Assembly (NCBI GenBank): GCA_964491885.1
Contig: CAZBIP010000027.1
Span: forward strand, 1-24,000
DNA: 24,000 nucleotides
From: an uncultured Vicinamibacterales bacterium
Lineage (GTDB): Bacteria > Acidobacteriota > Vicinamibacteria > Vicinamibacterales > JAKQTR01
Direction: 5' to 3'
A program made the position numbers and the translations under genes. Of this stretch, positions 7,479 through 14,682 are shown one piece after another; the stretch's first letter is position 1; every line of letters begins with the position of its first letter. The notes beneath the pieces were generated by a model. The model was not told the origin of the DNA. It saw only the letters and a program-made list of their open reading frames with translations, and ran no database searches.

Positions 7479-7679
7479 TCAACCGCCGCCGGTCGAGCAC
7501 GACGGACGCGAATAGCCGCCGCCCGCGCGGTCGCTGCCGGGGCCGCCGAAGCCGAACGTCGACGCCTGTTTCTCCAGATCTTCGCTGTCGCACCGCGGAC
7601 ATACGGGCTTCCGATAGCCGATGACGAGCGCCTCGAAGCGCTGGCCGCAGGACTTGCACCGGTACTCGAACAAAGGCAT
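7479..7679 (-). CDS. FmdB-family zinc-ribbon protein (CxxC...CxxC), 66 aa
   Basis: This is the C-terminal 66 codons of track ORF 7479..9719: MPLFEYRCKSCGQRFEALVIGYRKPVCPRCDSEDLEKQASTFGFGGPGSDRAGGGYSRPSCSTGGG. The M-P-x-(F/Y)-E-Y-x-C-x-x-C-G opening and second CPxC pair with a Gly-rich tail fit the FmdB family pattern. ATG 7679 is preceded by ACGGAG 7 nt upstream. Confidence 0.8.
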   Translation of the reverse strand: MPLFEYRCKSCGQRFEALVIGYRKPVCPRCDSEDLEKQASTFGFGGPGSDRAGGGYSRPSCSTGGG

Positions 7680-7823
7680 GGTCTGCTCCGTCAATCTGGA
7701 TTCAAGGGGGCGCCGAAAGGTGACAAGCGCCTCCGGGTCAGGGGCGGCGGCGGGCCGCGGGCGCCCGTCCGCCCCGGAAAAACGCGTGTGGTAGAGTGGC
7801 ACCGCCCGCGGGAGAGGGCGTCG

Positions 7824-9197
7824 ATGAACTTCCGTACGACGATTGAGCCGTTCAGGATCAAGTCCGTGGAATCCGTGAAGTTCACCCGGCGCGAGGACCG
7901 GCAGGCGGCCCTCGTCGGGGCGGGCTACAACGTGTTCCGCCTGCACGCCGAGGACGTCCTCATCGACCTCCTGACGGACTCGGGCACGGGCGCGATGTCG
8001 GCCGCTCAGTGGAGCGCCGTGATGCAGGCCGACGAGTCCTATGCCGGAAGCCGGTCGTTCTACCGGTTCGAGTCGGTGGTCAAGGACCTGACCGGCTACG
8101 CGCACGTGATCCCGACCCACCAGGGGCGCGCGGCGGAGCACATCCTCTTTCACACCCAGCTGTCGGCCGGGCAGATCGTCCCCAACAACAACCACTTCGA
8201 CACGACGAGGGCCAACGTCGAGGCGGAAGGCGTCGAGGCCGCGGACCTGGTCGTGGCGGAAGGCCGCGTCCCGCACCTCATCCACCCGTTCAAGGGCAAC
8301 ATGGACCTCGAGGCCCTCGAACGCCTGCTCGCGGCGGAAGGGGAGCGGGTGCCGCTCGTGATGGTCACCGTCACGAACAACTCGGGCGGCGGGCAGCCGG
8401 TGTCCCTCGAGAACCTGCGCGGCGTGCGCCGCCTGTGCGACCGGTTCCGGAAACCGTTCTTCCTCGACGCGTGCCGGTTTGCCGAGAACGCGTGGTTCAT
8501 CAGGACGCGGGAGCCCGGACAGGACGGACGGACCCCGAAGGCCATCGCCCGGGAGATGTTCGCCCTGGCCGACGGCTGCACGATGTCGGCGAAGAAGGAC
8601 GGCCTGGCGAACATCGGCGGCTTCCTCGCGATGAACGACGAGAGATGGGCGGAGGCCGCGCGCAACCTGCTGATCCTGACGGAGGGGTTTCCGACGTACG
8701 GCGGGCTCGCGGGATACGATCTCGAGGCGATCGCCTGCGGCCTCGAGGAGGTCGTCGAGGAGGACTATCTCCGCTACCGGATCCGATCGACCGAGTACCT
8801 CGGCGAGAAGCTGATCGCCGCGGACGTCCCGATCATCAGGCCGCCGGGCGGGCACGCCATCTACCTCGACGCGCGGGCGCTCCTGCCGCACGTCGCGCCG
8901 CTCGAGTACCCGGGGATCGCCCTCGCCAACCAGCTCTACGTGGAGGCCGGCGTGCGCGGCGCCGAGATCGGCACGGTGATGTTCGGCCTGAGGCCGGACG
9001 GCACCGAGTGCCCGGGACCGATGGACCTCGTGCGGCTGGCCATTCCGCGGCGCGTCTACACGCAGTCGCACGTCGACTACGTCGCCGAGGCCGTGATCGA
9101 GGTGGCGTCGATGCGCCAGGAACTGCGCGGCTACCGCATCGCCTCGGCGCCCAGAACGCTCCGGCACTTCACGGCCACCTTCGAGCCGCTCGACTAG
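7824..9197 (+). CDS. tnaA: Tryptophanase (PLP-dependent beta-eliminating lyase; tryptophanase/tyrosine phenol-lyase family)
   Basis: Track ORF 7464..9197. The internal ATG 7824 (MNFRTTIEPFRIKSVE...) is preceded by GGGAGAGGG. It is alignable by eye along its length to E. coli TnaA: IDLLTDSGTGAMS, ESYAGSRSFY, VIPTHQGRAAE, FDTTRAN, NNSGGGQPVS, RFAENAWFI, PLP-lysine motif CTMSAKKDGLANIGGF, EGFPTYGGLAG, GGHAIYLD, RLAIPRRVYTQSHVDYV, LRHFTA. SAKKD, FDTT and EGFPTYGGL favour tryptophanase over tyrosine phenol-lyase (SGKKD, FTTT, EGMPSYGGL), but substrate specificity is not proven. Confidence 0.85.
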   Translation: MNFRTTIEPFRIKSVESVKFTRREDRQAALVGAGYNVFRLHAEDVLIDLLTDSGTGAMSAAQWSAVMQADESYAGSRSFYRFESVVKDLTGYAHVIPTHQGRAAEHILFHTQLSAGQIVPNNNHFDTTRANVEAEGVEAADLVVAEGRVPHLIHPFKGNMDLEALERLLAAEGERVPLVMVTVTNNSGGGQPVSLENLRGVRRLCDRFRKPFFLDACRFAENAWFIRTREPGQDGRTPKAIAREMFALADGCTMSAKKDGLANIGGFLAMNDERWAEAARNLLILTEGFPTYGGLAGYDLEAIACGLEEVVEEDYLRYRIRSTEYLGEKLIAADVPIIRPPGGHAIYLDARALLPHVAPLEYPGIALANQLYVEAGVRGAEIGTVMFGLRPDGTECPGPMDLVRLAIPRRVYTQSHVDYVAEAVIEVASMRQELRGYRIASAPRTLRHFTATFEPLD

Positions 9198-9261
9198 CAG
9201 CCCGCAGGCGCGGCTAATGCGCGCATTTCGACGGGCCGATAGTCCGTTATGCAGGAGCGCC

Positions 9262-10488
9262 ATGCCGACAGGACAGTCCGCCACGCCGCCAGCCCCGACC
9301 CCGCCGGACGGGAGCCTCGTGTGCCCGCGCTGCCGGCGGCTCGTCGAGTCGGGCCTGGTGACCTGCCCGCACTGCGGCGTGGACCTCGCCCTGGCTGCCG
9401 CCCTCGCCGAGCGGCTGGCCCTCAGCGTGCTGCCCGCCGAGTCGGACACGCCGTTCGTCGGCGACGCCATGCTGTCCCGCTTCGGCGAGTTCCTCATGAA
9501 GAAGGGGTACATCACGGCGGAGCAGCTGGACGAAGCGCTTGCCCGGCAGGGCGAGATCTCCCGGATGGGCCTGAAGGAGACGCTGGGCCAGGTCCTGCTC
9601 GAGATGCGCGTGATGACGCGCGAGCAGCTGGAGCTGGCCAGCGTGGAGCAGGTGCAGGAGCTGCAGAGCGCCCTGCGCACGGCGAACGCGCAGCTCGAGC
9701 AGCGCGTTGCCGACCGCACACGCGAGCTGGAGCAGGCCTACCGCCGGGTGACCGAACTCGACCGGTTGAAGAGCAACTTCATTTCCAACGTCTCGCACGA
9801 ATTGCGGACGCCGCTCACGAAGATCAAGGGCTTCCATGCCCTGCTGGCGGCCGGGGACCTCGGCGCGCTCACGGCCGAGCAGGCCGAGGGCGTCGAGGTC
9901 ATGGGCCGCGGCGTCGCCGAGCTCGAGCGCCTCGTCGGCGACCTGATTCAGTTCGCGACCGGGGCGCGCGGCGAGATGGAACTGCGGCTGGCGGCGGTGC
10001 CCGTGGGCCCGCTCGTCGAGGGCGTCGTCGAAGCCGCCCGCGCGCGGGCCGTCATGCGCGGGCTGTCGCTCGCGGTCCGGGCGCCCGCGGCCGGCCTGGA
10101 CGTCAAGGCGGACCCCGAGCGCATCCGGTGGGTCGTCGCGCAACTCGTGGACAACGCCATCAAGTTCACGCCGGCGGGAGGCAGCATCGAAGCGGGGGCG
10201 AAGCCGGTCGGGGGCGGCGTCCGGTTCTGGGTGGCCGACACCGGGGCGGGCATCGCCGAGGAGCGCCTGCCGGAACTCTTCGAGCCGTTCCACCAGCTCG
10301 ACGGATCGGCCACGCGTAAGGCCGGCGGCACGGGGCTCGGCCTCGCCCTCGTCAAGATGATCGTGTCGGCGCACGGCTCCGCGGTGTCCGTGGTCAGCCG
10401 CCCTGGTGTCGGGAGCCGCTTCAGTTTCGACCTGCCGGTGGCCGCAGCCGCCGCATCCGCCAACGCCCCGGACGACGCCGCGGGCTGA
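9262..10488 (+). CDS. Orphan cytoplasmic sensor histidine kinase (HisKA + HATPase_c) with N-terminal zinc ribbon and T2SSE_N/MshEN-like segment
   Basis: Track ORF 9217..10488. ATG 9262 is preceded by AGGAG with a 4-nt spacer. N-terminal CPRC...CPHC (9322-9375). RFGEFLMKKGYITAEQLDEALARQ ... TLGQVLLEMRVMTREQLELASVEQ (9478-9651). Coiled coil, then H-box LKSNFISNVSHELRTPL, N-box VDNAIKFTPAGG, G-boxes VADTGAGI and GGTGLGLALV. No hydrophobic transmembrane segment, and no response regulator gene adjacent. Confidence 0.88.
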   Translation: MPTGQSATPPAPTPPDGSLVCPRCRRLVESGLVTCPHCGVDLALAAALAERLALSVLPAESDTPFVGDAMLSRFGEFLMKKGYITAEQLDEALARQGEISRMGLKETLGQVLLEMRVMTREQLELASVEQVQELQSALRTANAQLEQRVADRTRELEQAYRRVTELDRLKSNFISNVSHELRTPLTKIKGFHALLAAGDLGALTAEQAEGVEVMGRGVAELERLVGDLIQFATGARGEMELRLAAVPVGPLVEGVVEAARARAVMRGLSLAVRAPAAGLDVKADPERIRWVVAQLVDNAIKFTPAGGSIEAGAKPVGGGVRFWVADTGAGIAEERLPELFEPFHQLDGSATRKAGGTGLGLALVKMIVSAHGSAVSVVSRPGVGSRFSFDLPVAAAAASANAPDDAAG

Positions 10489-10551
10489 CGCGGCCGCGCA
10501 CGCGCGCCGCAAGCCGGCTCCTCGAGCGGGGTGCCCGCCGCGCCGGCGGGC

Positions 10552-11100
10552 TCAGGCCCGGCTCAGTTCGCCTCGCCTCAATTGCCGGTAGAGTGCCAGC
10601 GCCTCCTGCAGAATGCGGATCGCGTCGGCGGGGCCGATGAAGTCCTCGACCACCACCTGCTTGCTCTCGAGGACCTTGTAGTCCTGGAAGAACCGCTGGA
10701 TTTCCTTCGTCAGGTACGGCGGCAGCTGGGTGTGATCGCTGTAGGCGTTGACCGCGGGGTCCTTCGTGCTCACGGCGAGGATCTTGTCGTCGAGCCCCTT
10801 CTCGTCGCGCATGCGCATCACGCCGATGGCCTTCGCCTCGACAATGGTGAGCGGCTGCACGGCCTCCTGGCCGAGGACGAGCGCGTCGAGCGGGTCGCCG
10901 TCGTCGCAGAACGTGCGCGGAATGAACCCGTAGTTGGCGGGGTAGTGCACGGCGCTGAAGAGCACCCGGTCTAGACGCAGCAAGCCCGTTTCCTTGTCGA
11001 GCTCGTACTTGTTCTTGCTCCCCATGGGGACTTCGATGACGACCGGGAACTCGTGCTCGATCAGATGATCGTCGACGTAGATGTCGTGCCAGGGATGCAT
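10552..11100 (-). CDS. ppa: Inorganic pyrophosphatase, family I
   Basis: This is the C-terminal 182 codons of track ORF 10552..11865: MHPWHDIYVDDHLIEHEFPVVIEVPMGSKNKYELDKETGLLRLDRVL...YPANYGFIPRTFCDDGDPLDALVL. These are the classic family I PPase motifs. ATG 11100 has GAGG 5 nt upstream. Confidence 0.92.
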   Translation of the reverse strand: MHPWHDIYVDDHLIEHEFPVVIEVPMGSKNKYELDKETGLLRLDRVLFSAVHYPANYGFIPRTFCDDGDPLDALVLGQEAVQPLTIVEAKAIGVMRMRDEKGLDDKILAVSTKDPAVNAYSDHTQLPPYLTKEIQRFFQDYKVLESKQVVVEDFIGPADAIRILQEALALYRQLRRGELSRA

Positions 11101-11135
11101 GGCGCCTCGCTTCCGTTGTGGACCCCGATTATGCC

Positions 11136-11867
11136 TCAGTCGTGACGGTGCCGGAAGGCGGAGTGCGCCCCGTCCGGGCCCGGGCGCTCGGCCAGGCGCG
11201 CCTCGAGCCAGGCCATCCACCGGTCCAGGCCATCTCCGGTGCGCGCCGACACGCGGATCGCGGCCGGCGCCGGCATCACGCGCGCCAGCGCTTCGTCCAG
11301 CGAGCCGAGGCGGACGTCGAGGTAGGGCAGGAGATCGGTCTTGGTGACGAGCACCAGGTCGGCCTTGCGGAACATGACCGGGTACTTGAGGGGCTTGTCC
11401 TCGCCCTCGGTCACCGCCAGTGCCACGACGTTGAAGGCCTGGCCGAGGTCGTAGACGGCGGGGCAGACGAGGTTGCCGACGTTCTCGATGACGAGCAGCC
11501 GGGTGCCGTCCAGCGACGGGTCGTGGAGCGCGTCGTGCACCATGCCGGCGTCCAGGTGACACGCGGACCCCGTCGTGATGGCCCGTGCCGGGATGCCGGC
11601 GGCCCGCAGGCGCTCGGCGTCGCGGTCGGTCTCGAGGTCGCCGGTGATGGCGGCGATGCGCACGCGCGCGCCCAGCGCGGCGGCCGTCGCCTCGAGCACG
11701 GCCGTCTTGCCCGATCCGGGCGATCCCATCAGGTTGAGGGCGAGCACGCCGTGGGCGGCGAAGTGCTCCCGGTTGTGGGCCGCCTGGGCGTCGTTCGCCG
11801 AGAGGATCCGGTCCTGCACCTCGACCGACACGCGGTGGGGGTCGCCGCAGCCGCAGACGTCGCACAT
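11136..11867 (-). CDS. hypB: Hydrogenase nickel incorporation GTPase HypB
   Basis: This is the C-terminal 243 codons of track ORF 11136..12419: MCDVCGCGDPH (CxxCGC metal site), P-loop LMGSPGSGKTAVLE, ENVGNLVCP, LVTKTDLLP. ATG 11867..11865 shares one base with the hypA TGA (TGATG). Confidence 0.92.
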   Translation of the reverse strand: MCDVCGCGDPHRVSVEVQDRILSANDAQAAHNREHFAAHGVLALNLMGSPGSGKTAVLEATAAALGARVRIAAITGDLETDRDAERLRAAGIPARAITTGSACHLDAGMVHDALHDPSLDGTRLLVIENVGNLVCPAVYDLGQAFNVVALAVTEGEDKPLKYPVMFRKADLVLVTKTDLLPYLDVRLGSLDEALARVMPAPAAIRVSARTGDGLDRWMAWLEARLAERPGPDGAHSAFRHRHD

Positions 11868-12208
11868 CAGGGCACCTCCAGTTCGATCCGGCCGAGCAGG
11901 ATCTCGCCGCCGCTCGCGAGCCGGGCGGGCGCGCCGCAGGCGGCGCACCGCAGGCGCTCGCCGCCGCCGACCGGCTGGCCGCACGCGGAGCACTCCCACC
12001 GGGCGGGCACGCGCTCGATGTCGAGCGCGGCGCGCTCGCACACCGTGCCCGCCTTGACGATCTCGAAGGCGCTCTCGAGGAGGTCCGCCTCGACGCCGGA
12101 CAGATCCCCGATGCGCAGGCGGACGCGGTGCACGGCGATGGCCTGGCGCGCCTTCGACTCCTCTTCGACGCGCTCCAGCATGGCCAGCATCAGCGAGTAC
12201 TCGTGCAC
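11867..12208 (-). CDS. hypA: Hydrogenase nickel insertion protein HypA
   Basis: Within track ORF 11867..12358. GTG 12208 gives (M)HEYSLMLAMLERVEEE..., the canonical HypA MHE opening. Zinc site CSACG...CAACG. GAGG lies 6 nt upstream, inside the hypE 3' end. Confidence 0.88.
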   Translation of the reverse strand: MHEYSLMLAMLERVEEESKARQAIAVHRVRLRIGDLSGVEADLLESAFEIVKAGTVCERAALDIERVPARWECSACGQPVGGGERLRCAACGAPARLASGGEILLGRIELEVP

Positions 12209-12216
12209 GGCGCGCC

Positions 12217-13257
12217 TCAGCAGATCCTCGGCAGCGGCTCGCCCTCGGGCTCGGCGAGCAGCCGGCGTCCGAACCCCGTGTCGAGGATGACCGAGCCCGC
12301 ATGGGCGTCGATGCAGCGCCCGATCCGCGCCGCGCGCCGCCCGAGCGGGTGGGCGCAAAGCGCCGCCAGCACCGCGTCGGCGCGCTCCGGGCGGACGCCG
12401 ATGATCGCCCGGCCTTCACAGGCCATCACCAGGGGGTCGAGGCCCAGCAGGTCGGCGGCGCTCCGCACGCTCGGAGTGACCGGCACGCTCGCGTCCTCCA
12501 GCACGATCCCCACGTGCGATTTCTGCGCCATCTCGTGGAGCGCGCTCGAGACCCCGCCCCGTGTCGGGTCCTTCATGGCCGCGATGGCCGCGCCGCCGGC
12601 GTCCAGCGCCGCGCGGATCAATCCGTTGATTGGCGCGACGTCCGACCGCAGATCTCCCTCCAGCGCGAGATCGTGCCGCGCGGCCACGACGGCCATGCCG
12701 TGCGCTCCGACGGTCCCCGTCACGAGGATCACGTCGCCCGTGGACAGCCCGGAGTCCGGCACGGGCCGGTCGCAGAACGCGACGCCCGCGGTGTTGAGGA
12801 CGAGGCCGTCGATCTCTCCCCGGCCCATCACTTTCGTGTCGCCCGTCACGACCGCGGCACCGGCCTCGTCGCACGCGCGCCGGATCGAGGCATAGACGCG
12901 CTCGAGATCGGCGCGCGGGAATCCCTCCTCGACGATGAGCGCGCAGGTCAGCGCGGTCACGTCTGTCGCGCCCATCACGGCGAGATCGTTGACCGTTCCC
13001 GACACCGCGAGACGGCCGATGTCGCCGCCGGGGAAGAAGATCGGCTGCACGACGTGCGAGTCTGTCGTCAGGATCAGCCAGCGGCCGCCGACGCGGATGG
13101 CCGCACCGTCGTCCATCGCCGTGAGCCCGATGCCGCCGGGCCTGGCATCCGGCCCGAGGCCTGCGACGCACACCTGCTCGATCAACTCGCGCATCGCGCG
13201 CCCGCCGGCGCCGTGTACGAGGCCGATCCGATCGTCGAGCGGTCCGGGCCTGCTCAC
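12217..13257 (-). CDS. hypE: Hydrogenase maturation protein HypE (carbamoyl dehydratase)
   Basis: Track ORF 12217..13359. GLVHGAGGRAMRELI near the N-terminus, DSHVVQPIFFPGGDIGRLAVSGTVNDLAVMGA, VTGDTKV, DPTRGGV, and the invariant C-terminal PRIC. The preferred start GTG 13257..13255 overlaps the hypD TGA (GTGA), with GGGAGA upstream. Confidence 0.92.
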   Translation of the reverse strand: MSRPGPLDDRIGLVHGAGGRAMRELIEQVCVAGLGPDARPGGIGLTAMDDGAAIRVGGRWLILTTDSHVVQPIFFPGGDIGRLAVSGTVNDLAVMGATDVTALTCALIVEEGFPRADLERVYASIRRACDEAGAAVVTGDTKVMGRGEIDGLVLNTAGVAFCDRPVPDSGLSTGDVILVTGTVGAHGMAVVAARHDLALEGDLRSDVAPINGLIRAALDAGGAAIAAMKDPTRGGVSSALHEMAQKSHVGIVLEDASVPVTPSVRSAADLLGLDPLVMACEGRAIIGVRPERADAVLAALCAHPLGRRAARIGRCIDAHAGSVILDTGFGRRLLAEPEGEPLPRIC

Positions 13258-14363
13258 GAGACGTCTCCCAGGTCGGGGTGCCCGCCGTACTCGTGCCAGA
13301 TGCGGCACGTGCCCTCGCTGCTCACCATGCACGCCCCGACCGGGCGGGCGGGCGTGCACGCGCCGCCGAACAGCGGGCAGTCACGGGGCGTGGCGATGCC
13401 CGACATGATGGATCCGCACAGGCACGAGGCGGCCTCGGCCCGCGGGACCCGCGCCGCCAGCGCGGAGGCGTCGATGTGGAAGCGCCGCCGCGCGTCAAGG
13501 CCGGTGTAGGCGTCCCGCAAACGAAGGTTGCCGCCCGGCACGTTGGCGATCCCCCGCCAGCGTCCGTCCGCGGGTTCGAAGACCCTCCAGAGTGCCTCCT
13601 GAGCCCGGCGGTTGCCGTCCTTCGTGACCGCGCGCGGGTACAGGTTCTCGACGCATGCCCTCCCGTCGCCGACGAACTCGACCGCCCGCAGCAGGCTGGC
13701 GAGGATGTCGAGGGGCTCGAACCCCGCCACGACGACCGGCAGGCGGCGGCGCTCGACGAACGGCTCGAAGATGCCCCAGCCGGTGATGGTGGCGGCGTGT
13801 CCGGCGGCGATGAACGCCTCGACCTTCGAACCGGGGATGCCCGCGACGACGTCCATGGCCGGCGGGATGTACTTGTGCGCGCAGAGAATCGAGAAGTTGG
13901 CCGGCACGCCCCGCGCGATCGCCGCGGCCGTCGCGACCGCCGTCGTCTCGAATCCCGTGGCGAAGAACACGACGTCGTCTTCCGTGCGCCGGGCGAGATC
14001 GACGGCCTGGTCCGCGCTGTAGACGACGTGGACGCGGGCGCCCTCGGCCTGGGCGCCGGCCAGCGACAGCGAGGAGCCGGGCACGCGCAGCATGTCGCCG
14101 TAGGTCGCGACGCGGACGCCCTGGAGCGCCAGCGCGACGCCCTCGTCGACCTCGGGCGCGTCGGTGACGCAGACCGGGCAGCCCGGTCCCATGATGATCT
14201 CGAGGGCGGGAGGCAGCGTGGCGCGCAGCCCGTACTTCGCGATGGCCTGCTCGTGGCTGCCGCACACGTGCATGATCGTCAGCGGGGCCCGGCCGACCCT
14301 CGCCACCGCGCGCGTGATGGCGCCCGTCAGCGCGGCGGCCCTGGCAGGGTCGCGGAACTTCAT
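13254..14363 (-). CDS. hypD: Hydrogenase maturation Fe-S protein HypD
   Basis: Track ORF 13254..14462. Internal ATG 14363 gives MKFRDPARAAALTGAI, matching the HypD opening. Motifs: HVCGSHEQAI, GPGCPVCVT, FFATGFETT, VVAGFEPLD, C-terminal CPLFGGACTP...GACMVSSEGTC. Confidence 0.92.
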   Translation of the reverse strand: MKFRDPARAAALTGAITRAVARVGRAPLTIMHVCGSHEQAIAKYGLRATLPPALEIIMGPGCPVCVTDAPEVDEGVALALQGVRVATYGDMLRVPGSSLSLAGAQAEGARVHVVYSADQAVDLARRTEDDVVFFATGFETTAVATAAAIARGVPANFSILCAHKYIPPAMDVVAGIPGSKVEAFIAAGHAATITGWGIFEPFVERRRLPVVVAGFEPLDILASLLRAVEFVGDGRACVENLYPRAVTKDGNRRAQEALWRVFEPADGRWRGIANVPGGNLRLRDAYTGLDARRRFHIDASALAARVPRAEAASCLCGSIMSGIATPRDCPLFGGACTPARPVGACMVSSEGTCRIWHEYGGHPDLGDVS

Positions 14364-14385
14364 CTCACGGAACGCGGCGGCGGGA

Positions 14386-14682
14386 TCAGGACTCGTCACC
14401 GGCACCCTCGCCAGTTCCCGCGATTTCGGCCCGGACCTCAGCCGACATCGGGTCGTCGGCATCCTGGTGCGCCAGCAACTGCTCGAAGAGCGCGAGCGTC
14501 TCCGCGATCTCGTCCTCGGGAATGCGGCGGATCGCGTAGCCCACGTGGTTGAGAACGTAGTCGCCGGCCGAGACGGGTTCGTCCACGACGTCGAGCAGGA
14601 CCTGCCGCTTGACGCCCCAGAAGTCCACGGTCGCGACGTTCCCGTCCACCGCGACGACCCTGCCCGGCACGCCTAGGCACAT
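14386..14682 (-). CDS. hypC: Hydrogenase assembly chaperone HypC/HupF family
   Basis: This is the C-terminal 98 codons of track ORF 14386..15327, starting with the diagnostic MCLGVPGRVV. GGAGGG sits directly upstream. ATG 14682 lies 10 nt inside the hypF 3' end (GGAGGGATCATGTGCCTAG). Confidence 0.9.
   Translation of the reverse strand: MCLGVPGRVVAVDGNVATVDFWGVKRQVLLDVVDEPVSAGDYVLNHVGYAIRRIPEDEIAETLALFEQLLAHQDADDPMSAEVRAEIAGTGEGAGDES

Noticed and set aside
7720-7794. 24-codon upstream ORF (GTG...CGC GTG TGG TAG) ending Trp-stop, 30 nt before tnaA, reminiscent of a TnaC-type leader peptide
   Set aside because: The only SD-like AAAGG abuts the GTG with no spacing. It uses a GTG start and has no similarity to TnaC. 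Open 24-codon frames are expected by chance at this GC content. A TGgTAGAGT -10-like element (7789-7797) overlaps its stop and would place the start site downstream of it. It is worth a ribosome-profiling look but is not supportable from sequence alone.
7797-7802. TGGCAC hexamer upstream of tnaA as a possible sigma-54 -24 box
   Set aside because: The required -12 TTGC is absent at the canonical spacing; the sequence there is GCGG.
7680-9719. Upstream 680 codons of the 746-aa minus ORF 7479..9719, plus ORFs 8009..9217 and 8150..8665
   Set aside because: They are antisense or alternative frames of tnaA and the kinase 5' end. Only the last 66 codons (the FmdB-like protein with its own RBS) look real.
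10533-10551. GCCCGCCG-CGC-CGGCGGGC palindrome between the convergent kinase and ppa genes as a bidirectional terminator
   Set aside because: The stem is only 8 bp with a 3-nt loop, there are no flanking T/A runs, and short all-GC palindromes are common by chance in this composition.
11101-12419. Long N-terminal extensions of the ppa ORF (to 11865) and hypB ORF (to 12419); ORF 11118..12290 (+)
   Set aside because: The extensions run through hypB and hypA in other frames and are Arg/Pro/Gly-rich. The internal ATGs with RBSs give canonical PPase and HypB N-termini.
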